Positions 28,964 through 37,986 of a DNA stretch of 64,000 bases are shown one piece after another (the stretch's first letter is position 1; every line of letters starts with the position of its first letter). Position numbers and translations under genes: made by a program. The notes beneath the pieces were generated by a model. That model was given only the letters and a program-made list of their open reading frames with translations, did no database searches and was not told the DNA's origin. The DNA is from Escherichia phage HansTraber_Bas100, in sequence record PQ850605.1; one strand, written 5' to 3'.

Positions 28964-30487
28964 TTAATTCATCTTTTTGCCGTCGAGGATGTGATCAGCA
29001 AGCATAGACTTCATACTTAGTGATCGCTGAATTTCTTCGTCGATGGTGTCAACACCAATAAAATCAACATACAACACGCTTGATTTGGTGCCGATGCGGT
29101 GATTTCGGTCTTCGGATTGCTTGCGCAGCTCGTTGTCATAGTTGCAAGAATAATAGATTGCCAAGTCAGCGGCGGTAAGCGTGATTCCGATGCCTGCCGC
29201 TGCAGCGTGACAAACCAACACTTGCGTCCCACCGTTCTCGACTGTGTTCTTCTGGAAGTCATCAATCAAAAACTCGCGTTGCTCTTTTGATGTTTCACCG
29301 TTATATACACCAGTGACCACGCCTTCAGACTCAAGCCAATCCTTAATCTGGTTCATCTCTTCCTTAAAGATGGCCCACACAATGAATTTGCGCTCTGGGT
29401 CGTCTTCCAGCACCCCTTCCACATAGTCCTTAAAGGCCGTGAATCGTGGGTTGTCTTCCATGTAGACCATCTCATCATACACCTTAACAAAGCCTGATGT
29501 CACCTGCTTCATCTTGGTGCGAGACGCGATCATCTCAAACTTAACGTTTTCTTCTTCGCCTTTGTACTCCATCAGATAGTTGTACTCATTCTTGAGTTCA
29601 TCGTATACATCGCGCTGCTTAGGTGACAACTCGAAGTCGATAAACTTGTACACCTTCTCTGGAAGGTCCGGCAAGTATTCTGCTTTTGTCGCGCGGAAAT
29701 AATGCGGCTCCATCAGCCGGATAAGCTTGTCAAGGTTTTTGTACATCGGTCGGCCAAACTGGTCTTTGCGCGGCACTTGCGGAATGCCATAACCGTTGCC
29801 GCCGATTTTCTTGAGAATGGCCTGCATCTCTGGGTCGTGCGCTTCAAGCAGCACCGTGAATTCAGAATTGAATGCACGGAACGATTTTGTGCCAAGCAAG
29901 CCAGCTTCAAGGAAGTGATACTGCATGTAAATATCAGCAGGCGAGCGCGGCAGCGGCGTACCGGAAAGGATTCGACGGGCCTTTGCCAGCCGTCCCAATT
30001 CCACAACCTTGATGGAGCGTTTGGCTGTGTTATTTTTGATACGCGTCGATTCATCAATGATCATCAAACAGCGGTACTTCTTCAGGACGGACTCAATGTG
30101 TTGATAACCGACTGGCGTATTCACCGTATCAATGTTGAATGAGAAGATGCGCGCAGGCACTTCACCTTCAGGGTAGTGATCAGCAAACATCTTCTCCCAA
30201 AGCGCCTTGCCCTTTTTAGTCTTCATCTTGTCATTGCCGCGCCAGTAATGACCAATCCATTTGATGGAAAGGTGCTCTGGTGCTTCACGGCGAATCCAGT
30301 TCGAGTGGACACCGTTAGGAGCGATGACAACCATGGCATCAAATGCGCCAGCGGCGAAGTGTTTTTCAAACTCTGCCAAAGCAGTCCAGGTTTTGCCAAG
30401 ACCCTGCTCCATGAAATAAGCAAAGTATTTTCTGCGGCCTGCTTTATCAAGCGCCAATAATTGGTGGCGCATTCCTTGTGTTTTCAT
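28964..30487 (-). CDS. SNF2-family helicase
   Basis: N-terminal MEQGLGKTWTA (SNF2-type Walker A); 507 aa; adjacent VRR-NUC gene. Confidence 0.65.
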   Translation of the reverse strand: MKTQGMRHQLLALDKAGRRKYFAYFMEQGLGKTWTALAEFEKHFAAGAFDAMVVIAPNGVHSNWIRREAPEHLSIKWIGHYWRGNDKMKTKKGKALWEKMFADHYPEGEVPARIFSFNIDTVNTPVGYQHIESVLKKYRCLMIIDESTRIKNNTAKRSIKVVELGRLAKARRILSGTPLPRSPADIYMQYHFLEAGLLGTKSFRAFNSEFTVLLEAHDPEMQAILKKIGGNGYGIPQVPRKDQFGRPMYKNLDKLIRLMEPHYFRATKAEYLPDLPEKVYKFIDFELSPKQRDVYDELKNEYNYLMEYKGEEENVKFEMIASRTKMKQVTSGFVKVYDEMVYMEDNPRFTAFKDYVEGVLEDDPERKFIVWAIFKEEMNQIKDWLESEGVVTGVYNGETSKEQREFLIDDFQKNTVENGGTQVLVCHAAAAGIGITLTAADLAIYYSCNYDNELRKQSEDRNHRIGTKSSVLYVDFIGVDTIDEEIQRSLSMKSMLADHILDGKKMN

Positions 30488-30906
30488 GACAATTCCTCTA
30501 AATACTTGATGATGTGATGAATAGTTCCCTTCACGATTATCTCACGTTGAACGTCTGCAGTATTATAACGCTTTAATTCAATAGAAGGGTGGACTAAATA
30601 AAACATCTTCTCAGAATCAACCTTAAGCAAAACGAATGATGGGTATCGCCAATCATTCCACGAAGAAAGGAAGCTGCACTGTCCTTTCTCAAATGCATTT
30701 CTGAAAGGTGCAGTGGTTGCCCTTGCAGGCCACGATTCAAAGAACTTCATTTCAAGCCAAAAGCCGCGCCCTTTCCGGTTGGTGCCGATTACGTCCGGCA
30801 CGCCATCACCAGTCATCGACTCGATTCGTTGAAGCTTCAATACCGATTCTGAATGCTTCTTCAAAGGCACGAATATGTATTTCTGCTCACGGTTATTTGT
30901 TGCCAT
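30484..30906 (-). CDS. VRR-NUC domain nuclease
   Basis: GDGVPDVIG...GRGFWLEMKF gives a PD-(D/E)xK-type PD...E-x-K arrangement; paired with the SNF2 helicase. Confidence 0.5.
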   Translation of the reverse strand: MATNNREQKYIFVPLKKHSESVLKLQRIESMTGDGVPDVIGTNRKGRGFWLEMKFFESWPARATTAPFRNAFEKGQCSFLSSWNDWRYPSFVLLKVDSEKMFYLVHPSIELKRYNTADVQREIIVKGTIHHIIKYLEELS

Positions 30907-33790
30907 CTGGATACACCTGTTTGATCACGTCAACGATGAACATGTCAATGCCTTCAAGCTTACGACCTTTCATCAGGAAGAATGCGCCGTTCCCGACGTT
31001 TTCAGCAATGTACTTCCCGTACTTCTGGAACTTCTCTGGACGAATCCTGAAGCGCATTGGCGAGTCGGTCGAGTCGTCTTTGCACATAAGGTCGATGAAC
31101 TGAGTCTCAAGCTTGTTCCCGTACTGGTCAAACTCTGCGTAGCGGCCATCAGCTTGAAGACCCTTTTTAAGCTTTCCGTACTTTGTATAAATGCCGCGCT
31201 CAAGACGTTTGCGGATGCGTGTTGCTTCGTTCTCGTCTGCAAGCACTTTCTTTGTCAACTTGCCGATTACTATTGCGCGCTCGTCATCACCGACTTCCTT
31301 CATCTGGCGTATTGAAGCGCCGGACGTCACGCCAATAAGATAAGGGTCATTATACGCCCAGCCAAACTTTGTGTGCATCTCTGTAAGGTCGCCGTATTTG
31401 ACTTCAGCATTGGCCAATGCATCCTTTTGCTTTTGCGTTAAGGTTCCGGCTTCACGTGCTTCGATATACTTCATCGCCTTCACCATTCCGTACCCTTTCG
31501 CGTTCATGATGCCGCCGATTAGCTTTCCGTTCGCGATGGTCCAGTTCATCGAAGAGTGATCAGGGTCGATTGGCACATAATCCACGCCTTCCTTCGCAAG
31601 TTCACGTAATATCGCAATCGTCTGGTCTTCGTCCTTAGCAGCGCGTAAGCAGGCAGCGGCAAATTCCAACGGGTAGTGTCGCTTAAGCCACAAGGTCCAG
31701 TAGGTCACGACCGCGTATGACACGGAGTGTGACTTGTTAAAGCCCCATGACCCGAACGTAGCCATCGCTTGCCAAAGCTTTCTTGCATCCGCTTCCGGTA
31801 CGCCGTTATTGATTGCGCCTGCAACGAAGTCCTCGCCAAGCTTGTTAAAGTATTCTTCACCCTTACGGCCTGACATTGCCTTACGTACAGCGGACGTTTT
31901 CGCCCAGTCAAATGAACCAATCTCTTTAACCACTGCCATGATTTGCTCTTGGTAAAGAAACACGCCGTAAGTCTCTTTTAAGTACGGCTCAAGCTGCGGC
32001 ACGTCGTATTCAATCGGCGCACGCCCTGCCGCGCGTTCAATGTATTTCTGGGCCATACCGGATGACAACGGGCCAGGTCGACCCAAAGCTGTCAGGTTGT
32101 CGATTTTGTTAAAGTTATCGACGTGAACAAAGTTTGTTACTGATCGTACAGCATCACCTTCAAACTGGAAGATGCCTGACATCTTGTTTTCGTTAAGAAT
32201 GTCAAGGACGCTTTGATCATCAAGCTTGATTCCGTAGAGCGTTTCAGCATCAATAACGCCTGTATCAGAAATAATGCCGAGAGTACGAAGGCCCAGCGCA
32301 TCAAGCTTCAAAAGGTTGAGGTATTCGCTGTCAGGCTTATCGATTTGCGCAATCCCTTCTGCAGTTACAGTACAGTAATCAGAGATTGGGTCATTACACA
32401 CGATGATTCCCGCTGCGTGAACACCTGTGTGGGATGGGTGAATCTCAAGGTCACCCATGCAACGCGCGGCATCAGGATATTTCGCCACGAACTCTTGACC
32501 CGTGGTCGTTGTTGCAAAGGTATCCTCCAGGCCGTGACCATAACGGGCGTCACCGGATGAGTATTCAAGCAATGCGTTTTTAATGTTGGCCGTTTCGTGG
32601 TATCCAATGTTGAACTTCTTACCAACCTGCGCCATTACTGAGTTGGCCTTAAGCGTGTTGATGTTGCCAAGTTTTGCAACGTTCATTTCGCCGTATTTTT
32701 CTTTAAGGTAATCAAACACCATATAGCGTTTGGTATCCTCAAAGTCGATGTCGATGTCAGGAAGGTCGGCGCGGCTTACGTCGATGAATCGGGCAAACAG
32801 CAGCTTATACGGGATTGGGTCCACTTCCGTGATGCCGAGGCAATAGCAAACAAGTGAACCAGCTGATGAGCCGCGAGCAGGACCGACGAGCATTTTTGTT
32901 TTTGCGAATCGTACAAGGTCAGCTACTACCAGAAAGTATGAGTCGAAATCTTTCAGCTGAATCTGGTGAATTTCTTCATTGAATCGGTCCTCATATTCCT
33001 GAGTCCATTCTTTGATGTGACCTGCTTTTAGACGATACTCCATCCCCTCGCGAGCAAGTTTTACCATGTCACCAGCAAGGTGAATAATCGGTGCCTTGCG
33101 CAATTTCAAGTCAAGTCCGACTATGCCGTTTGCGATGTCAACAGCATTGGCCGTTGCCTGATCAAGTTCATCTTCAGTCAAGATGCCTTTAAGCTGTTTG
33201 CGCAAATCTTCAACGTCCACGATGCAATGCGGCTTAACCGTGTCGCGCACTTCCCACGCATAAGCGAAGTAAACATGCTCAGGAGAAGGCATGTGATTGT
33301 ATCCGGTTAAAACCAGCGGCCTTCCACCACTACGATGAGCCAATGCCTGGCGTTTTGCCAAAAGGAACGACGATGGGTTGACGTCTATATAGTCGTAGTC
33401 CTCTGGCCGCAGCAGCTCCACGGCACCGCCACAGAATTTAACGACGCCATCGAGCGCCCCGAACTCTGCACGGGTAAGCCCGCCGCGCTGCGTTGCAAGC
33501 GTTGTAGCATTGTAAAAAGATTTTAAGTCAAGGGCCAATATCCAAGCCTTCGGTTTAAATCCCTTTTTCGGGTCCGCATCAGGGTCGATGATTGGAATCT
33601 CCATCCCAAACATAGGCTTAATATCATTTTTCTGGCATTCCTTTTCCCAGCGAACGTGACCCCATGTATTGTTATCAACTAATGCCGCGACTTCGCAGCC
33701 CAACTCTTTGAGCCGTGCTATAATTTCAGGATGCCGTCCATAAACTTCTTTGAACGTGTAACCGCTGCGAACTCTCAATTGTGGAAACAT
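30893..33790 (-). CDS. dnaE: DNA polymerase III alpha subunit-like replicative polymerase (family C)
   Basis: Palm motifs PDIDIDF and GVHAAGIIV; LGRPGPLSSGM; GFNKSHSVSYAVVTYWTLWLKRHYP closely parallels bacterial DnaE. Confidence 0.75.
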   Translation of the reverse strand: MFPQLRVRSGYTFKEVYGRHPEIIARLKELGCEVAALVDNNTWGHVRWEKECQKNDIKPMFGMEIPIIDPDADPKKGFKPKAWILALDLKSFYNATTLATQRGGLTRAEFGALDGVVKFCGGAVELLRPEDYDYIDVNPSSFLLAKRQALAHRSGGRPLVLTGYNHMPSPEHVYFAYAWEVRDTVKPHCIVDVEDLRKQLKGILTEDELDQATANAVDIANGIVGLDLKLRKAPIIHLAGDMVKLAREGMEYRLKAGHIKEWTQEYEDRFNEEIHQIQLKDFDSYFLVVADLVRFAKTKMLVGPARGSSAGSLVCYCLGITEVDPIPYKLLFARFIDVSRADLPDIDIDFEDTKRYMVFDYLKEKYGEMNVAKLGNINTLKANSVMAQVGKKFNIGYHETANIKNALLEYSSGDARYGHGLEDTFATTTTGQEFVAKYPDAARCMGDLEIHPSHTGVHAAGIIVCNDPISDYCTVTAEGIAQIDKPDSEYLNLLKLDALGLRTLGIISDTGVIDAETLYGIKLDDQSVLDILNENKMSGIFQFEGDAVRSVTNFVHVDNFNKIDNLTALGRPGPLSSGMAQKYIERAAGRAPIEYDVPQLEPYLKETYGVFLYQEQIMAVVKEIGSFDWAKTSAVRKAMSGRKGEEYFNKLGEDFVAGAINNGVPEADARKLWQAMATFGSWGFNKSHSVSYAVVTYWTLWLKRHYPLEFAAACLRAAKDEDQTIAILRELAKEGVDYVPIDPDHSSMNWTIANGKLIGGIMNAKGYGMVKAMKYIEAREAGTLTQKQKDALANAEVKYGDLTEMHTKFGWAYNDPYLIGVTSGASIRQMKEVGDDERAIVIGKLTKKVLADENEATRIRKRLERGIYTKYGKLKKGLQADGRYAEFDQYGNKLETQFIDLMCKDDSTDSPMRFRIRPEKFQKYGKYIAENVGNGAFFLMKGRKLEGIDMFIVDVIKQVYPDGNK

Positions 33791-34332
33791 TATTTACTCC
33801 AGATGTCATATACGCCAATTTGTTGGCAGACTTTGTGCAGTAATATTACGTCGTCTAATGCACGGTGCTTCTGTTCATATTTTCCGAAATATAATTCATA
33901 CAACTCTTGAAGCTTAACTCTTCGGCCAAAAATAGGCAAGGTTTGCTCAACTGTACAGATGTTTATTTCTGGGAAATTAACATCATCAAGTGTAAGTCCT
34001 TCGCGCTGTAGTGCATAATCAAGAATGTTCTTATCGAACGCATGGTTGTGCGCGATAGTTGCATCCGTCTTCTTGAATATTTCTTTTAGCTGCGGGACAA
34101 AATTGATGAATGGTGGATTGCACTCAAGGTCTTCATTTGTTAATCCGGTAATCTTTGTGATGATTTCTTCAATCACGATTTCAGGATTAATTATGAATTC
34201 AAACGTTTCAAGAATCTCTTTGCCGTCCGTCAACAGGCCTGCAAATTCAATAGGGCGCGGCTGCATCCCAAGCGGCGCTTTCGGGTGCACGGTCAATCCG
34301 GTTGTTTCGAAGTCATAAGGGAGAAATAACAC
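33790..34332 (-). CDS. dnaQ: DnaQ-like 3'-5' proofreading exonuclease
   Basis: Exo I DFETTG, Exo II AHNHAFD, Exo III HRALDDV; GTG start with AGGAGG RBS; immediately upstream of the polymerase gene. Confidence 0.75.
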   Translation of the reverse strand: MLFLPYDFETTGLTVHPKAPLGMQPRPIEFAGLLTDGKEILETFEFIINPEIVIEEIITKITGLTNEDLECNPPFINFVPQLKEIFKKTDATIAHNHAFDKNILDYALQREGLTLDDVNFPEINICTVEQTLPIFGRRVKLQELYELYFGKYEQKHRALDDVILLHKVCQQIGVYDIWSK

Positions 34333-34345
34333 ATTAGCCTCCTAC

Positions 34346-34370
34346 AAAAAGGCCGCCCATTAGGACGGCC
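34346..34370 (-). terminator. intra-operon terminator/attenuator hairpin
   Basis: On the - strand GGCCGTCCTAATGGGCGGCC followed by TTTTT, between the VOC-like and exonuclease genes. Confidence 0.45.
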
Positions 34371-34386
34371 ACAGATTCACGATTCG

Positions 34387-34938
34387 TTATACGGTGTACG
34401 GAGTACCGTCTTGATTCAAGCGCACGATGAATTTCAAATCGACGCCGATGATTTCACGCGTATCAAAGATCACATAGTTGTAACGACGTTGGCCAGCAAT
34501 GTTTGGGTTGGTGTGAGAGTCAGTCACGACTTCCTGTGCAACCTGAATGCCTTCTTCGCTAAAGAACTTACGCCATTCGGCAAGTTCAACGGCAGTAACG
34601 TGCATGCCAAGATGGCTCACTTGATTGTCGTGCGCATCGAGCATTTCGATGTTTTCTTCAATCCAGTTACACCCTTTTGTATAGTCGAGAATTTCAAGCT
34701 CAAGAGGCTTACCAGCGCCGCCATCCGTGCCATTGCCAGACTGATAGTTGAAGCGCAAGTCAGCTTCATTGGTGCAATCGTCGCGACGACCTTTAAAGTC
34801 ATCAGCTTCAAATACGCGACCAGTAGCAACAACATGATCATGGAACCATTCTGTCAGGCCGATTTTAGCCAAGAAATCCTGTGCGCGCTGAGCATCTGGA
34901 ATTGACAGGGCGATTTGTTCAATTTTAAAATGTGGCAT
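34387..34938 (-). CDS. hypothetical protein (possible VOC/glyoxalase-like fold)
   Basis: 183 aa; fold assignment is weak, based only on general composition. Confidence 0.3.
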   Translation of the reverse strand: MPHFKIEQIALSIPDAQRAQDFLAKIGLTEWFHDHVVATGRVFEADDFKGRRDDCTNEADLRFNYQSGNGTDGGAGKPLELEILDYTKGCNWIEENIEMLDAHDNQVSHLGMHVTAVELAEWRKFFSEEGIQVAQEVVTDSHTNPNIAGQRRYNYVIFDTREIIGVDLKFIVRLNQDGTPYTV

Positions 34939-35035
34939 TTTTGTTTCCTTAATTAAATATTATTGATTAATTACTGTGTTGTCTTCGTCCTGTTTCTTTT
35001 CAGGAGCGGGTGTGACAACTTCAAATGTTCGTGAT

Positions 35036-35719
35036 TTATTTACCAAATGGAATATCAGTACCAGACATAAAGCGCCATGCGCCAGTAATTAAGATATGGC
35101 GAATGAAGTCGGCAATTACTTGCGGCTCAGTCTCCAATCCATTCATCAATGCCTTTTTCTGGTATTCAGCGGCGTATTCAGGAGTCCAGCCGCGAGTCGC
35201 ACAAACGGCATCTTCAATCTGTTTAGACATGCCGGTGCCGCGCAACTTGTTAGGACTAATAGAGAATACCGTGATGCCGTACTTAGGCGTAAGTTCGTGA
35301 GCCATCTGCTTGCTGATCATAAGCGCAGCAGCCTTGGATGCATTATAACACAAGCTGGACGTCATAGGAATATGCGCAGCGTTGGAAACGATGTTGATCA
35401 CAAAGCCTTTGTTGTCGATAAGACTTTTCAGCGCAGCCTGAGTCGTGTTAACGAAAGAGAATGCGTTGGTGTGCATAACGCGGTTAAACTCTTCATAGTT
35501 TACATCTTCAAACCAATTGTTAGAGTTGACACCAGCACAGTTGATCAAGCCTTCAACATCATATGGGCTTAAAATTTCTTTCATCTGTTTAGCATCGCGG
35601 ACGTCATATCCGTATGCTGAATCGATGCCAAGCACGTTATGACCGTAAGCGCCAAGGGTGTCAAAAATAGATTTACCAAGACCGGAATTGGAACCTGTTA
35701 CAACAATTACTTTTTTCAT
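35036..35719 (-). CDS. short-chain dehydrogenase/reductase (SDR)
   Basis: N-terminal VTGSNSGLGKS (TGxxxGxG) and catalytic YNASK (Y-x-x-x-K). Confidence 0.65.
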   Translation of the reverse strand: MKKVIVVTGSNSGLGKSIFDTLGAYGHNVLGIDSAYGYDVRDAKQMKEILSPYDVEGLINCAGVNSNNWFEDVNYEEFNRVMHTNAFSFVNTTQAALKSLIDNKGFVINIVSNAAHIPMTSSLCYNASKAAALMISKQMAHELTPKYGITVFSISPNKLRGTGMSKQIEDAVCATRGWTPEYAAEYQKKALMNGLETEPQVIADFIRHILITGAWRFMSGTDIPFGK

Positions 35720-35785
35720 TTATTTATCCTTTTTTGGACTTCGTTTCGATGAGGTAAATATAACTCATCGAAACGCACAAGTAAA

Positions 35786-36661
35786 CTATTTATTGAAATT
35801 AATATTATGGGTGTTGACAAGACGTTCACACATGGCGCTATAAACACCATCGTCGTGTATCGAGTCTTCATGCTTCAGGCCGCTGATTGCGAAGCGTGTA
35901 AGCTTGACAATCTTAAGCTCGAACAGGTGCCACATGTGGTAGTCTTCCGGTGTCTTCAACGTTACGCCATTAGGGAACAACACCTGCATAACCTGACCTA
36001 CCATCACAGCGTTATCGCCATAAACGGCATTGCGCTCACGGAAGGTCGCGGCCATCGCATCAAGAATATCAGCAGCGGTTGCTGGGGCTTGTTGTTCAAC
36101 TTCAACAAGTTTAGTCTCTTCTTTTCCTGTTGCACTTGGATCAACTGCTAATTGTTGCACCACTTCACCTGCCTTGCAAAGATTAAATGTAAAGGCGATT
36201 TTATTTTGCGCCATGGAATTATAATGCAAAGCTTCTTCTTGCATCCGCGCGAGTACGTCTTGTCTATCTTCAAATACGTTGATTATTCGATAATCGCCGT
36301 GTCGCAATACATACGATAACCATGCAGATTTCATAACAGTTGATGGACGCTTGTCGCCATGTTCTCTCATCTTGATTGTGAATTCATCAAAAGGGAAAAC
36401 GTTGTCCAGACGTTCAAAAGTGACTTGTCTGTATTTTTCTGGTCTTGCAGTCCAATATTCGACCGCCTCACCGCGAAGTGATGCCGTCTCTACTGCTGAC
36501 GCAATGTTAGGATAGAACTGATCATAACCAATGCCGCTGTGGTAATCATCATAGTCGGACAACGGGCCTGCCACCCTGATACGGTCTAAGCGCCAACGGT
36601 CATCAAACAGAGTTCCGTCAAGGTCGAATACGTTTAAGATTTGGTTATTTTTGATACTCAT
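35786..36661 (-). CDS. HAD-superfamily hydrolase with C-terminal extension
   Basis: Motif I FDLDGTL near the N-terminus; ~120-aa C-terminal domain of unknown function; stop overlaps the ThyX-like gene. Confidence 0.55.
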   Translation of the reverse strand: MSIKNNQILNVFDLDGTLFDDRWRLDRIRVAGPLSDYDDYHSGIGYDQFYPNIASAVETASLRGEAVEYWTARPEKYRQVTFERLDNVFPFDEFTIKMREHGDKRPSTVMKSAWLSYVLRHGDYRIINVFEDRQDVLARMQEEALHYNSMAQNKIAFTFNLCKAGEVVQQLAVDPSATGKEETKLVEVEQQAPATAADILDAMAATFRERNAVYGDNAVMVGQVMQVLFPNGVTLKTPEDYHMWHLFELKIVKLTRFAISGLKHEDSIHDDGVYSAMCERLVNTHNINFNK

Positions 36662-37461
36662 CCTTTTGATACTCCATCTTTGGCAACTGGATTATTGGTG
36701 ATTGGCATCGCATCCCAAAACTGGATGCGCAACTCTTCTTGCTGTGCAGTGGTATCCATCCAATCACGATACCATGGGCAATGGGCCTTACCGTGACGAG
36801 GAAATGCGCACTTACCCATACCGATGCACTGCGGCTGTAGTAAAGGATTGGCCCACGGGTGCACCTTAAGGACTTCCGCAACCATTGCACGGAATACTTC
36901 TTGATACTCGCCTTGAGTACGCGTGCACAAGCGGTTAGAGGCCATTTGTTGTAGAGTGCGCAAGTTGAACTTTGCCATGATATGCGTTTGCATATTAGAA
37001 GGCAACACGGCACGTGCATCTTGAATCTCTGCACCAGCCGCGCGAAGTTCTTGGTATAGGGCGTCAATGGTTGCCATTGCATCATCCCACTTCTCTGCAA
37101 GTTCAGCGGCCTTCTTGTCGTGACGAGTCCATCCCCTTGGATCATCCTCTGGGTAAGTGAATTTAGCAGGACGAATCGCATCAAATGCAGAAGATTCCTG
37201 AGCGCGGCTGGTGCGTTCTTGATATGCGCCTGTGCGTGTGCGTACCATCTGATGAGTCATATTCTTTGATACAGCGGTGATGTCAAAGATATAGTCCACA
37301 AAGTCAAAAGGCGACTTGATGGTGTCAAGCATGTAGTGCCAATGCTCTTGCTTCTCTGATTCCGTCATCTCAGAGACAGGCTTACCAGTCATGCGCGTGC
37401 TCTTTGTTTCCAGCAAAAGGTCAAGTGCATCTTGGGTGTATCGAATTAATTCAACTTTCAT
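36658..37461 (-). CDS. thyX: flavin-dependent thymidylate synthase (ThyX)-like protein, variant signature
   Basis: SPFDFVDYIFDITAVSKNMTHQMVRTRTGAYQERTSR and ARAVLPSNMQTHIMAKFNLRTLQQMASNR align with ThyX motifs, but RHR-x7-S appears as RTR-x7-T. Confidence 0.6.
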   Translation of the reverse strand: MKVELIRYTQDALDLLLETKSTRMTGKPVSEMTESEKQEHWHYMLDTIKSPFDFVDYIFDITAVSKNMTHQMVRTRTGAYQERTSRAQESSAFDAIRPAKFTYPEDDPRGWTRHDKKAAELAEKWDDAMATIDALYQELRAAGAEIQDARAVLPSNMQTHIMAKFNLRTLQQMASNRLCTRTQGEYQEVFRAMVAEVLKVHPWANPLLQPQCIGMGKCAFPRHGKAHCPWYRDWMDTTAQQEELRIQFWDAMPITNNPVAKDGVSKG

Positions 37462-37474
37462 TTTAATTATCCTA

Positions 37475-37921
37475 TTAACGGTAATTTACTAGTTGCTGAT
37501 CACCAGAGAAGGTGCAATGATAAACGAATTGTGCGTTATAAAGCAACTGAAAACTTTTCTTTGGTTCATTATTAGAACTCATTGATGTAAAGATTTCTGC
37601 ACCAGAACGGTTTTCACCAATCAGGTTGATAAAGCCGCCAGTTGAACGAGGCTGAACGAAAGTGAAACGTTGCATCCAAGGAGTGCGGTTGGCACCTTTG
37701 CCTGTGAATCCTTGAATCTGAATATTCAGACCTTCTTGCTCGTTCACGCCGATGTAAGCCGTGATAGTTGCGCCAGTGGCTGCTGCGGTTTTACCGTCCA
37801 TCGCTTCGCAATCATACACAGCGATTGAATCGGAAGTACGGACAGCGGCTTCAGTCGCTTCCATATACATGGTGCCGAGAATAGCAGTTGCGGCAAGCGC
37901 GATTCCAGTGATTCGTTTCAT
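37475..37921 (-). CDS. secreted protein with signal peptide
   Basis: N-terminus MKRITGIALAATAILGTMYMEA is signal-peptide-like. Confidence 0.4.
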   Translation of the reverse strand: MKRITGIALAATAILGTMYMEATEAAVRTSDSIAVYDCEAMDGKTAAATGATITAYIGVNEQEGLNIQIQGFTGKGANRTPWMQRFTFVQPRSTGGFINLIGENRSGAEIFTSMSSNNEPKKSFQLLYNAQFVYHCTFSGDQQLVNYR

Positions 37922-37986
37922 TTTCGTTTCCTCTATGAGTTCTGCTTCAATGATTAAAGTATACGCCCATTGAAGCAGAAAGCAAA

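Noticed and set aside
30893-33790. Family A (Pol I/T7-type) polymerase call, or an intein insertion
   Set aside because: Motifs are those of family C DnaE, and the protein is shorter than bacterial DnaE with no intein-like block.
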